Made by a program: the position numbers and the translations under genes. Shown piece by piece: positions 12,501-26,295 of a stretch of 64,000 nt of DNA. Below the pieces are notes generated by a model. That model was not told where the DNA came from. It saw nothing but the letters and a program-made list of their open reading frames with translations, and did not search any database. This stretch comes from Kudoa neothunni (Eukaryota; Animalia; Cnidaria). Within the stretch, counting starts at the first letter, position 1. Each line of letters opens with the position of its first letter. Location of the stretch: positions 5,047,287 through 5,111,286 of the forward strand of contig OZ199838.1 of assembly GCA_964304625.1 (NCBI GenBank), read 5' to 3'.

Positions 12501-15500
12501 AAATAAACTTCACAAGTCATATTGATAATAATAACCTAACTTAAAGCTTACACAATCCTCCACAATATATTTATCCATGATAAATACTTTTCATGTGTAA
12601 AAATAAAAAAAATCCAAATATTCCATAAAAACTCATATATAGCATGAGATATTAAACAATGATTTCCTATGTTTTTAAACTAAAAATGCGATTTCGTATG
12701 CAGAAAGGACGATAATTCGCTCCCTTTATCATTTAATTCATAAAAAATAAGTATTTGGGACTAAAATTCGAATAAAGGGTAAAAATTTATTTAGGACCAA
12801 TGAGAAAAATTTTAATAATCAAAAAATATTCACAAGTTGATAATTAATTTAGTTTAGAAAATTCTGATTTCTCCGAAACATTATCCTGTATAACAATATA
12901 ATAAGATAAATATGATTGGAAAGATACAAAATATATTCTTATTATAAATAAAAAAGAAAATTGTATTCTGTTGATTGTTTTTAATGCAGAAATTTAAAAA
13001 ACAGTATAACAACTGACCGAATAAATATCATTTGCGTAATAAAAATGAACAAGATAATGTACAAAAAACAACAGGAATCGATATATTTAAAACTTTAATG
13101 GAAAATAATTATCTAATTTACAAGACAATTATATTATCATTTATGGAAATTTAGCAATATATTTTTATTGAATAAATTATGGATATTTTATTACCAGCCT
13201 ATATGATAATTTAATATTCTGCGACTTTCATATTAAAATAGGAAATCTTTCTAACAAGTAAATTTATTGTAAAAACAATTTAAAACGAACACCTAATCGA
13301 TCTAGAACTTTAAGTAGTATTAATATTTTAGAAAAAAAGTAAAACTTTCGAAAGTAAAATTAACTTGATAAACCTACCCGAATAATTAAAAAATACATAG
13401 CGGTTGTCATATAAACGATCAACAAAATAAATGAAGTTGATGCTTAATTAAATATCTTCCTGCTAATTTCACTCATAATAAATGTATGAAAACGGCGTTC
13501 GGCAAGCATTTTAATATTCTTATTAATCTTGGAAAAAATGAAAGTTTCAAACATGATTATATCCCTTTAAATTATGCAGAAATCAATTAGTTTAAAAAAA
13601 TAGACAGTCGCTGAGACAAATTTTCGGAATTTACCTGAAAGAATGACCCAATTTTTCGAACAGAAACCGACATCATACCGAAAATCGGTAAACCGAATCA
13701 ATTTCAAATTAAGCCAAAGTTTTCATACTGAATTTTCAATATTAAAGAGAATTAATTACGAAAAATATGAATCAGGGTTTCAAATTGTTAATTTTTAATT
13801 CTATTTTAAAGTAAGTTAGCTTCCTAACACTATTTACGTAACTTTGCCCACATATTTGCTAAAAAAGTCATTTGATATACTGTTAAGCGCGGTTTTCAAC
13901 CTTTTTGGAATCGCGGATTACCTGAAAGCTCAATTGACCTTTCGGATCCCCATATATATTAAGGATATTGTAAACAACAGAATACAAGGTTTATAAAAAT
14001 TATCATGCATTTATTTACAAAAAGTCAGAATATATTATTTTTAAAATTTACTCGAGATTTCAAGGACCTAAACAACGTGCATTTGTAAATAGAAGATCTA
14101 TTATTTGTTCTTATATTTTTTCGGTGCTGCGGATCGCCGGTTTAAAACCACTGTGTTAAGATAGCAGCAAATTTCACATTGTCTACGACAGAACCTGTTG
14201 AATCGGGAAATATTGCACTGAGCCAAGGGCAATCCTAGCGTTATCAAAGAACTTAGCCGTACAATAGTACAATATCCTCCAGAATCTTAAAAATTAAGTA
14301 AAAATGAAAATGTTTTGATTCCATTGTTGAGATATAAAAATATGCCAAGAACAACCGAATTAATCTAATTAGAAAATTATCCCCTATCGAATTAATAAAT
14401 AATAATTGTTATAATCATTAAAAAATATTTCATAAATAATTCAATCTAACTCAAAAAAAAAATAAAATCTTAATGCTTTTTAAAAGCACATGCATATTCT
14501 TAAGAATCAGATAAACTTCACACATTTCTCATAAAGTTAATTAGAACTTTATCAGCTTAAAAATATGTTTATTTGAAGCAATATTTGAGAAATTTGTACA
14601 GGCCAGAAATTTATGTCCCACATAAAAGATACTAAAACATACGCGGAAAAAAATCTAACTCTTCGATGGGTCCAAATGATCTAATGATACTGCGAAAATG
14701 AAATACAGCACATTTTTAAAACTTAATTTTTCTAAGTTTTTGTAGAATGTAGTCTATAATTTTAATGAAAATTATTTTGTTAATCCCAATAAATTTAAAA
14801 TTAAAAAAACCACATAATTCTTTTAATAAATAATCCTCTAAATAACTGATTTAAGCTGAGTTAAGTTAAGCAAGGCGACCCATCTCCAAATATGTTATGA
14901 AATTCGACATAATATTAAGATAAAAATTACTGTACTAATCACAATAAGCGTATCGAAAGGTATTACAGAAAAAAATTGTTTTCATGTCACTTGTAATTCT
15001 TCAAAATTAACTATTATATAGAAAACACATTCATATTTGCATAAATACTCATTCAATAAAAAATATGTAACCATAGCAACTAAAACTCAATATTTAAAAT
15101 CTTTAAAACTAAATTAATTAAGTAAATAAGCAAATAATTCTATTTTCAGAGTTGAAATACGTATATATCAAATTCTAAATTGTAAAAAGCTTAGATGGAG
15201 CTGCATTTTCCCCACAAATATAGTTTGCCACCCTCAACTTAAATAATAAAAACAAACCATCATCTCTAACAGTCGCTGAATCACTATCATCTTTTTGATT
15301 GTCAGGTTGATTGTTGGAGTTACTACCATTCGAAATAACCTCATTTTGTATCTCTTCAGCAGTATGATTATCTGGCTGGGGGTTCTAACAAATTAAACAA
15401 CATTAATAATCTGTTCGATAACAAAACACAACTATAATACATTATTGTCTGATTCCAATTCTGAACACTTTTTAGTGATATTAATTGTAGAAGCAGGTGC

Positions 15501-16833
15501 ACTTTTAATGAGGAGAGAATTTTCAGACGTGAATTTATGATTTTTGAACAAGGTAGAAGTTGGAGTATAAATTTTTTCCTCATTAGAACTGGAACTATTC
15601 ATGTGTCTTCGAGAATTTGAAGTTTTGTTACTTTCCTGTCGCAAAATCAACTTGGATCATATTCTTATAAAAGAACAAAAATTACTTTATCTGCCAACGA
15701 ATCGTTTTCATTGGTAGAAACAATTTTTGGTGTATCTTTTCTTTTCTTCTTATAATTGACAATGGGCATTCTTTTGGTGAGTTTCTATGCGTAGATTAAA
15801 ACAAAGTCCACCCAAAAAACACTACCATTTTTAGTGACTCTATATCACAATAGGTAAAATTGTGGAGAGTTTTCGGGTTGAATTCATGCAACCTAATCAT
15901 CAGATCAGCGTAGTAACTCATACATAAGTCAACCATCAAATAACCGACCTCGAAAATATGTGATGAACGATTTCAGCCAAAATGGAAAAACAGACACTTC
16001 TCAGCAGTTCTATTGATAAATTATTTCAACAACAATTAAGGTACTGATGGATACCGCTCAACTTGGACTGAAAACAAATCCGAAAACACGATTGTATGGA
16101 TGAACAAATAGCATCATTTGACATAAAAACCCCGACCGGCGAAAGAATTAATGTTTTTACCAGCTATAAATAACCACAAAATAAGTAATTCACGTCCATT
16201 AAAGGAAAATGGAAAATTATTTATACATTGACATTCTTCATCAAAACGGTCTCATCGGATGACGCGTCAGTACCGATAAATCTTGTGTTATGAATAGCGA
16301 TACAGATTTCAGAGACGATTTCTTCACATTTCTCATCTGTAGCACCTGTCCACGAAACAGATAAATTCAGCTTTATAAGAAACAACAACAATTGTTACTT
16401 ATAAAGTTGTAAGTGATGAATTTGGTGACAGAGGAAATCGCCGATCTGGTACTTGCACCGTCCGTACAATCGGACATCATTATGTGCAGGAAAGGTCGAA
16501 TAAAACGTAAGGGGCTCATATCATCACCAGCACCATCGACAATATTTCCAGTGGTAGTATCATCTATAGATTATATTAGTATAAAGATATTATAATACCT
16601 CGTTTAAATGTGGTTCAAAGAAGCAGTTACTAGGCATCTTTTTCAAATACAACTTAAGAATGTAAAAATCTTTTAGCAATTTTATATTATTCTAAAAATC
16701 CATCAATGTCTATTTCCTCGATCAAACTCACAGTGTTGGCCAGTGCGGTCCAATTTTTTTGTTGTTTCAACAGATAAACAATCACATTTATTTCCGCATT
16801 GATAATGTTGGTGTATGAGGTAGGTAGTTGCAT
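6543..16833 (-). CDS. GBF1: Golgi BFA-resistance Arf guanine nucleotide exchange factor (Sec7 domain), multi-exon
   Basis: N-terminus MQLPTSYTNIINAEINVIVYLLKQQKNW matches the GBF1 DCB start, and PYNMICLYEFLQYISILIDPYD matches the HUS region. The Sec7 exon (9982-10986) has FRLPGES and AYAIIMLNVDQHN. The last exon (about 2.47 kb) has HDS motifs such as WESCFHEVLLPLL and EAIPEMIKNILFVM. Confidence 0.93.
12037..12056. repeat. (TA)n microsatellite in a short GBF1 intron
   Basis: Direct reading of a TATATA run. Confidence 0.9.
13888..14153. mobile_element. hAT-type (Charlie/SPIN-like ends) MITE in the large GBF1 intron
   Basis: TIRs (C)GCGGTTTTCAACC ... GGTTTAAAACCACTG, flanked on both sides by TGTTAAG (TSD-like). 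A homologous copy lies in reverse orientation at about 50378-50645. Confidence 0.75.
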
Positions 16834-17041
16834 TTATCAATTCACCCAACTCAATCTATCTTAGTAGGCAATATATTTCCGAAGTGGTCCGATATAAAAT
16901 TAGCGTCGATTATATGTTATTTTTAAATTTTAAAAATCAATTTTTGCCAATATATGCGTTATTATAGACGGTTGTGGATGTTATATGAGGGTTGCGATTC
17001 AACCAACAATTATTAATTGGCATGCGCACGCAAATTCAGCA
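16834..17041. promoter_or_regulatory. compact bidirectional promoter GBF1/PRPF6
   Basis: The divergent start codons are only 208 bp apart. An NRF1-like GCATGCGCA lies at about 17020. Confidence 0.6.
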
Positions 17042-20000
17042 ATGAACCGAAAGAAGTTATTTTTAGGAAGATCAGCCCCTCACAACTACATAGCTGGTGT
17101 AGGAAGAGGGTAAAATTTATTTTTCTGATTAATTGGCATGCTAAACATGTAAAATAGTGCCACTGGTTTCACTACAAGATCTGATATTGGGCCTGCGAGA
17201 GAAGCTACAGATGTGAGGTAGGTTGTTTTTAATTATTCACATGTTTAATTATAATTTTAATTAAATTATTTTGTGTGGTAGTGATGAAAGAAATCCTCAT
17301 TTGCGAGCCAGATTCAAGGAACCCGAACCTGAACCTGATGACGATGAGGAGGATTTGAATGAATCCAACTTTGATGAGGTTGGGCATTGAAATTATATAA
17401 ATTTTTAGGAGGTTAATAATTTCCGAAAATTATAGTTTAATGGCTACGGAGGAAGTCTATTCAATTCGCTGCCTTACGATAAGGATGATGAAGAGGCGGA
17501 CAACATCTACAAGAACATCGACGATCGAATGGATGAAAGACGTAAAGAGCGCCGTGAAAGAATCTTCAGTGAAGAATTGAAAAAATATCGCAAGGAACGA
17601 CCTAAAATTCAGCAACGATTTATCGATTTGAAAGTACTTACAGATGCTTGGTGCTCCAAAAAAATAGCACTAATTATTATTGTAGCGAAAACTGGCTGAT
17701 GTGTCACATGATGAATGGATGGCTATTCCCGACGTGGGCGATTCTCGTAACAAAAAAGTGAGGAACCCCCGACAGGAAAAATTCACCCCTATTCCCGATT
17801 CGGTCATTTCTGGCGCCTACAAATCAACTCTTCTCGATACGCAACTCGGCAACACAAAATCTACTGCTGCTAGTGGTTCCAAACAAAGCGGTCTCATGAC
17901 GCCGTTCCCAGGCACCTATACTTCTACAGTTGCTGGATTTGTCACCCCTGGAGCCGCTTCCACGGTTAGCGGAAAATTGGATTTGTCCAAAATCGGTGAG
18001 GCCAGAAAATCATTGGTTGGCGTAAAACTTGATCAGGTAATTTTTCGTTTTTTTAATTATGTTGATAGATCATTTATTTAGTAATTATTAAAATTTTTTA
18101 TATTTTGTTAGTTTGATGAATGTTTGTTATTATCGCTGTTGTTGTAGGTCTCGGATTCGGTCACCGGACAAACAGTTGTCGATCCCAAAGGCTATCTCAC
18201 CGATCTACAAAGTTTGACCCCGCAATTTGGCGGTGATATTGGGTAATTTTATTCGATTGTAATCGCCAATGCAGATATTCTTTCGGCCTAATTTAATACC
18301 AAAATAATGAATGGGCATGCGCCGATGTAAATTAAACAAACTTGGTGAATGATCAGCTGAATTTGAAGTTTAATTTTGAGGAAAGAACGAAAATAATTGT
18401 GTGAAGAGGAAAATTTAGACATTAAAATAACAATATTTATAATTGTAAATTAAATGAATTTTTTAAAATTGATCATTTCAACCTACTAAGGATTTTGGGG
18501 CGAAATACACCCCAAACAAATTTTAATCCATCATATATTCTTTCATTGTTTTTTTAATGCGTATGAAATTATTGCTGTACCTATAAATTTATTTTAAGTA
18601 AACTTTGTAAGTGTTTAATTTAAAAAAAATATAGGAAGTTATTAAAAATAAAATGACACCCTCCGATGATTTTGTGGCAAAATTCACCCCAGCATAATTT
18701 TTCCTTAATTATTCATCCAAAAAATGTGCGTATCGCTAAAAATGAATTCTATCTTAGTTCAGCGTATTAAAAAATGAATTAAATTAGAAATTAAAATAAG
18801 ATACATCGTAGTCACATTTTTTACTTTTAAAATAAATTGTTTTGCTTTTGTGCGTCACCGAAGAATTAACGACTTATGCCGTATAAAGTTTTATGAGAAT
18901 TAGTAATGTGAGTAAGGACACTTTTGCTCTGCACGTAATCTTTAAAACTATATAATATTTTACGAAGAATTTATTACATTTTTTCGTTTAAATATATTTA
19001 ACCCTCTAACCGATCTCAAAAACGATACCCTGTAACACTTTTGGGGTAAAAATTACCCCACTTTTTTATTGTGTCGATGTGTGTAAAAAAATAATTAATT
19101 GGGGAATACAAAATATGATTAAATTTAATTGAGTAAAATCATTGGAATATTGTATTAATTACGCCAAATAATCTCAAACTATCTCGATTACGACATTGTC
19201 GGGATATATCGACTTTCGCCGTAAGTGTTTACAAAATAAAATTAACGTTATCGGCCAATAATAGACTCATTAAAAATTAAAACATAACAAAAATAAGTAC
19301 AACAATTAATTTTTGGCACTTCAAAAAGAATTTCGAAACATGAGTGGAGAAATAAAACTTGCAGCAGTCATGACACCATTTAGAGTTTTTCTTATCATTT
19401 TATCTTTCACAATAATCTCAGCGCGACGATTTTTTATTTAAACTTGGTTTTTTGTTCGAATATAAGATTTATTTAAATTTTTTTTGATACCTTTTCTGGA
19501 GGTTCTATTTACAGTGAATTGTATGATTCTTCAGAAATCTCTTTCAGAAAGTTTCTCCTTAATTTTCTCTCTGAATTAATCAACGAGATATCAATCATGT
19601 TGATAAAGACGATAAGCCGCCTTCTTCTTTTAAAGTTTTGGGTAGAAATTGATGCCAACATTCTATCCACATTATCAACCTCATCCTTCGTTGCATCGTA
19701 ATGCATTATCGTATGAGGCTTGAAAATTTTTACACATCGATGACAATATTACCAGTGGAACTTATCTATCCTTATCAAGAGCTATTTGTATTAGAAGGTC
19801 TATATAAATAACCTTTAAATTCAAGTTTATTGGTATCATGTCACTCATCATTGGAATGGTGATTTCCAAGCATATTTTGGTACACGTTATGATAATTCTA
19901 CCGATTTTTGAGGTAAAGAATTACAAAAAACAATCAACGAATGATTTTACTTTTGATACAGCATATGAAATGGCATTAAGGGTGGAATTCACTATGTTTT

Positions 20001-23000
20001 CGGCCCAGGTTTTTCTCGTAGGTGACTTTGATAAACTCCAAATAATTCCACATTTACTTTTTAAATTATTATCAATAATATCTATGGGATCTATTTCTTC
20101 ACCCGATATATCACTTTCATCAATAACTCTATCGTCAAATTCGCTTCCAGATGAAGTATATTCGCCAATGAAATCACTCGCTTCATTCATTAAGAATTAT
20201 GCACTACGTGCACGTGCACATTTCACCAACTAGTCATATCGTTCATTGTTTTCTTCAAATCTACTCGTTCGATTTAACTGATAATTTATTATTTGATTAT
20301 TTAAATGATACTCTTTACATTAAAGTAATAAAAAAGTGGGGTAAGTTTCACCCCAAAAAATGTTAGAGGATAATATTTAGATAAAATTTTTTCTTTTCAT
20401 TAGTTTTTTCCAATTTGTTTATTAAAAATAAATCATTATAAATTCCAGGAATATTGGAAATTTTGTGAGGTTTAATAATTGAAATTAAAAGATATGATGA
20501 ATATAAAATCGTTTTGGGGTAAAATTTACCCCAAAATCCTTCGAGGTAGTTCATTTTTTGATACCTTATGGGATTAAAACTAGATTTTCTTGGATAATTG
20601 TTTTTTTACTACCTATTAAGATTAGCTAATTGATATTAACACGCCTATCTCTGAGGTTGCCTATTTAAATTTTGAGAGGAAAACGTGAATAAATTATTTT
20701 GAGTCGTACATAATATGGCAAGAAAACTTAAATTATCAATATCTAAAGAATTTAATTTCTAATCTACAAAACTTTACAATATTAGTAACATTTTACCTTA
20801 ATTTGACCTTAGAAAAAATTTAGTTATTGCTAGATTTTATATATTTTATGGGTAGTGCACAATTATGACTAGTGAGTAATAAATTTTTTTCATAACTTCA
20901 ATGATTATAACAAGTAAGTCAACAGGTGGTAAAAAAATCTTAACTCTATTCCAAAGGTTGAACTTATATAATATTTTAAAAAAGCAGATAATGTATCAAA
21001 CGCTAAACTTGACATAAGGAAGATCCTTCACGTAACAGCAAGATCTGCTCTGAATACTATTATAACCATACAGACTAATTGTTTTAACATTATATCGATT
21101 ATTCTGTTCCAAATTAAGAAAAACTCTCAAATGAAATAAATATGGAAATTGATCAACAAGTGAAAGAGTGGATTGAACTGACAAGAGCAAAAAGGATTGA
21201 AGATTCTCAGTAACTTTTTTCAGTTAAACTGACGAATTCCATATTATACCTCATAATCAATAGGTGTGTCTACTAGTTGTTTTATGACTTTTACAAAAAG
21301 AATTAAACATTTCGCATAATACATTTTTGGTGGTACTTTCTAATTTTAAAATTTGTTGTATTGCTAGTTATTTAAAATACTAAGCTAAATAAGTTAATTT
21401 ATCAAAATATAACCCAATCTTTAAATTTTTGTTTGATTTCGCCCGCGTTAATTGTGTCGTGCGTAATGAATTTGATTTCCGTTTTGATTATGCATGACAT
21501 TATAAGTCACCGAATTATCCACAGATGCACTCAAAATTAATTGAAATAATGAATTTAGCTATCATATTTACGTTAAAGTTTAAGTAATAAACTCTGGTTT
21601 AATTTAAAAATTACTGCTGTAAAAAAATAAGTCATTTCGAATTCTCGCAATTCCACTAGGGAAATGATACTCACACGAATCGAACAATTATTTTATACCT
21701 TAATTGGTTGAAGAGATAAAGATTTGTTGACCTTTTTGTTTGATTATTACTAGTTAATTTTAGATTAAAAAAATAATGCGCAGTTAAATTAAATTTTCTC
21801 CTTTAAATTTTAAACGACAATAATTTCTATCTTTCATTATTAACAAACTAAATTGTGTATTTTTAGTGATATCAAAAAAGCTAGACTTTTGCTAAAATCT
21901 GTCATCACAAGCAATGCCAGTCATGCTCCAGGTATGGTTATAATTTGGTAGATGTTCTCCTAATCATATTCGCATTTACATTCTACAGGATGGATCGCAG
22001 CTGCCAGACTAGAAGAAGTCACTGGCCACATAGATAAATCTCGCAATATTATTACGAATGGAACAAAATCTTGCCCCAAAAGCGAAGATGTGTGGTTAGA
22101 GTCTATTCGTCTGCATCCACCTGCTTTAGCAAAATCGATCGTAGCTATGGCATTGGAACAACTGCCACAATCTGTTCGTCTATGGATCAAGGCCGCCGAT
22201 CTAGAAAAAAATGATGTGAACGCTAGAAGAAAGGTTATAGAAAAAGGTAATGATTGATATTTGAGCTGAATTCCCATTTTCGAATGTATCTTTAGCATTG
22301 GAACACATTCCAAATTCTGTAATTTTATGGAAATCAGCTGTGGAGTTAGAAGAACCGAGTGATGCGTTGATCCTTCTTGGTCGTGCTGTTGAATGCTGCC
22401 CTACAAGTGTTGAAGTGAGCTATTATAACGACTGTTTGAACATCAATCAATCAGCTTAGTTAAACTGTGCTAAGAATTTTGATTTTGATTTGTGTAGTTG
22501 TGGCTTGGTCTCGCCAAACTGGAGACTTACGAAAATGCAAGAAAGATATTGAATAAGGCTCGAGAAAAATATTCCCACTGATCGATTGATTTGGATTAAT
22601 GCCGCCAAATTGGAGGAGGCAAATCAAAACACGCCAATGGCAACAAAAATCATAGACAGAGCTATTGTTTCACTCACGGCCAATGGTGTTGAAATCAATC
22701 GAGATCAATGGATCAAGGATGCCGAGGAATGCGACCAAACAGGCTACGTTGTGACCGCTCAGTGCATCATAAGAGCAGTGATATCGATCGGAGTTGATGA
22801 ACAAGACAGCAAACACACCTGGCTGGAAGATGCTGAGTCTTGCATTGCTAACAAATCCTTCAACTGCACCAGGGCAATCTACGCTCATGCTATAGAAAAG
22901 CTACCGAAGAAGAAAAAGCGTATGGTTAAGTGCAGCATACTTTGAAAAAAATCATGGTACAACTCAGTCGCTGGATCAACTATTAGCCGACGCCACCCAA

Positions 23001-24378
23001 AATTGCCCCAGATGTGCAATTTTATGGCTGATGGCTGCCAAATCAAAATGGCTTTCCGGCGATGTACCAGCTGCTAGAAATATCCTTTCTCAAGCTTTCC
23101 AAGCCAATCCTAATAATGAAGAGATTTGGTGGCTGCTATTAAACTTGAGTCTGAAAATAATGAAGATGAGAGAGCTAGGTAACAAATTCGGTTACCAATC
23201 TTCCACGACCGTTTTCATTGACATTTTTTTATTAGACGTCTCTTAAAGAAAGCTAGAACCAACGCTCCCACACCAAGAGTAAGCAAAAATATGGCTTGGT
23301 ATCGGTATTTTAATGTATCATTCAATATATTTAGGTATACATGAAGAGTGTTCGATTAGAGTGGGTTGAATCAGTACGACGAAGCTATTTGTATACTTAA
23401 TGAATCACTTGAAAAATACCCTAAATTCCCTAAGGTACCACATTTTAATTTACTTCCCATATGCTATTGAAGTACATCCACGAACATTTAGTTGTATATG
23501 ATGAAGGCTCAAATTATGATGGAGAAACAAGACTACTCTCAAGCAATGGATACTTTTAGATTAGGTTTGAAAAACTGCCCCGAATCGGTCGTATTATGGT
23601 GTTTGTTTGCATCGTTGGTGGCCGAAAAGGACGCCCTAATCAAAGCCAGATCCATAATGGAGCAGGCTCGACAAAATAACCCTAAAAACGCTTATTTATG
23701 GCTCCAATCTGTCCGCTTGGAAATCAAATACAGTCACAATGATTTTGCCAACAATCTTCTTACAATGGGTATGTTTTTTATGAAATTGGTACTTATTTTC
23801 AACTAACGCTTGTAGCCCTTACAAGAATGCCCTAAGGATGGAAAATTGTGGTATGAAGCTATTTTTATGGAAAAGAAGATGGGTAGGAAGGCCAAAAAGT
23901 TTGGATGCACTTCGAAATTGTGATCATGATCCATATGTAATTTTGGCCGTGGCATTGTAAGGTTTTCTTGAATTTACAAAATAAACTGATTTTTCCTGTG
24001 GCAGACTGTTTTGGGGTGAACGAAAAATATCCAAAGCTAGAGAATGGTTCAAACGGTAAGCTGTTTCGAGCAAAAATTCTCTAATCATCTAATTTTGTTA
24101 GGGCTGTAAAAATTGATCCGGATATTGGTGATATATGGGGCTATTACTACAAGTTTGAATTTCAGTATGGCACCAAGGTTATTTTATTCTTTTTTTGTGC
24201 GTTTTATTTATTACCCTAGGAATCCCAAGACTTAATAATTGAACAATGTTTGCATGCAGAACCTAGACATGGTGATGTTTGGTGCAGTTTTTCTAAGAAT
24301 CCAATTCATTGGAAAACTCCAACAAAAGATATTCTACTGATAGTGGCGGATTACTTTCCTCCTGTTGAGAATCTATGA
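17042..24378 (+). CDS. PRPF6: pre-mRNA-processing factor 6 (U5 snRNP 102 kDa, HAT/TPR repeats)
   Basis: [23 protein letters not shown]|[54 protein letters not shown] and the C-terminal AEPRHGDVW are diagnostic. Many micro-introns and one 3.6 kb intron (18243-21866). Several 1-bp homopolymer indels are likely assembly errors. Confidence 0.97.
18482..20573. mobile_element. non-autonomous piggyBac-like element in the PRPF6 large intron (outer element)
   Basis: Left end CCTACTAAGGATTTT-GGGGCGAAATACACCCC. Right end GGGGTAAAATTTACCCC-AAAATCCTT...CCTTATGGGA|TTAA. Confidence 0.6.
19002..20369 (-). mobile_element. internally deleted piggyBac with transposase remnants, nested in the previous element
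   Basis: TTAA|CCCTCTAAC ... GTTAGAGG ends with GGGG-N9-CCCC palindromes. Minus-strand fragments: an acidic N-terminus with SKCGIIWS...RKTWAENIV, and [14 protein letters not shown]...[18 protein letters not shown] (cf. piggyBac YNxTKGGVD...RRWPxxxFxNxxDIxxIN). Confidence 0.85.
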
Positions 24379-25422
24379 CAAGTCTTATCTATCGTGTGGT
24401 CTATTTACATGTAAACTATTCGTGACCTATTATTGAAATGGGTGAGTTACCTTACATTTTAGTGATTACTTTTTCGATGTATTTTTCTCGATATAATTGT
24501 ATTAATGTTAAGTAAATAGTATGTTATTCCATCATTAGGGAAAAGTACCATTCAGCGAAAACATTGACCGTTATTAATGCTATGTATAATTGTGAAACAT
24601 AAAAAAATATAAGTCAAAAACTAATCTAATATTCAATTAACGTTTTTGAGATGCCTTCAAATTAACAAAAGGTCGTAATATCGATGATAATTACACGTTT
24701 TTCGTTTTAATTTTATCAACTCTTTTTGTTTCTTTGATTATTAGATGAACAAAATACTGCTTATACAAAAATTTATAGCTTGTTCTATAAGACTCGCCGA
24801 ATCTTTAAATTTTTTGATGAGTCAGTCTAGGGTGTGCTTGATCAAAACGGGCTTATAAATGATTAATGGCATTTAAAATTTTCGATAGTATTAGATGTTG
24901 GATCAGTCCTATGCATTATTCTTTAATACGCTTTCTATGATAGATTTTATTTGAAACTTCGAATAAAGTTTTTTTAATAATTTTTAAATGAAATTATTTT
25001 ATTTCTCTCAAAATACATAGATTTTCCACAATTTTTTAGAATTATTTCTTATTTTATTGAATAGGCCAGAGAAAAATGATGTACAAAGTTGATGTTTAGT
25101 TAAAAATACAAATCATTGCGATGTCGTTTCTTTTAACCTAATTTTTAAACTTTTCTGTATATAAACTTGTTCAAATGAAATAGACGATAAAATATATTTG
25201 AGTTTCGTGCTAATTTTTTAACAGCATTTAGAGCATATCGCTCAAAATCTATTACTATATTTTTTAAACTGAGCATTCGGTTTCCTTTCTAAAGGTGGAT
25301 ATAACTTGTTAATAACGTTCCTGCGATTTATTATTCTATAAGGCAAGCGAAAGAGAGAATATTGCTAAATGTTTTTCATCACGGATTATATGTTTGATTA
25401 AATTCTTTACAGGCCACGTTAA

Positions 25423-26295
25423 CCCTCCCGGGACGGTGGCGGGGTCTCTTGGGACCCCATTTCAGGCTATTCTGAAAGTATTTCTATAAATGAAAGAGTA
25501 ACGATGTTTAAGATCCCAGCCAATCGTTAAGTGTAAGGTTTCTAATTAAATTATAGTATTAGTTAAAAATTTTAATACTCAAAGTTTTGGGGAAATTCGT
25601 TTTTTTGTAGGGTGCAAAATAACAATTGTTTAGAATCTCTCCAAGTGAGTGAATTTTAAAGAATATTTGTGAATATAAATAAATATATTTAATATAATAT
25701 TAATATGTTATATATGAAGTATATTTCCAAATTTTTGGTGGGTTTTAAATTTCTCCGAGTGTTCACGAGACCAAAGAGGATCAGTGTTAATATCAAATAG
25801 TTTCGCTCGGTATTAACACAGGAAGTATTTATTTTATGGTAATTTATTACTCAAATTTAAACAATGACGATGACAGCAGTTCACAATAGGAGCTGAATAC
25901 GTTTTTGGGATTACCGAAACTTTTCGGACATACGGACTAGGAGAGGCTGATGCTTGATGCTTGTATAAACTCATCTATAAATAGTTTAAAGATTTTTTCA
26001 TCCCATTTCATAACTTGATGTTTAATGGAAACACGATTTCTCTATTTATACCTAGAAGAACATTCATTGAATGGCAGGTATTAGCAGTATATTTTCAACG
26101 GATTTTTTGGATTTTTCTCGAAAAATCCGAATTTAAATCGAATTTTAAGTGGTTCAACAAGATATTTGTAAAATTTTATTTGCCATAATTTTCGTTACAT
26201 TTTACAATCAATTGGTTATAATCGAGAATTTATGGGGTTCTCCGGGAGCCCACACCGGAACGCGTGTGATTTTTCTGCGCACCGTCCTGGGAGGA
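25423..26295. mobile_element. piggyBac-type MITE
   Basis: TTAA|CCCTCCCGGGACGGTG ... CACCGTCCTGGGAGGA|TTAA, with subterminal GGGGTCTCTTGGGACCCC palindrome. Confidence 0.88.

Noticed and set aside
22560-23900. Frameshifts in PRPF6 (and CAP, ABCG-2) as programmed frameshifting, RNA editing or pseudogenisation
   Set aside because: They are a mix of +1 and -1 indels, mostly in homopolymers, with no shared slippery motif, and they fall in an essential gene. This is typical of unpolished long-read consensus.
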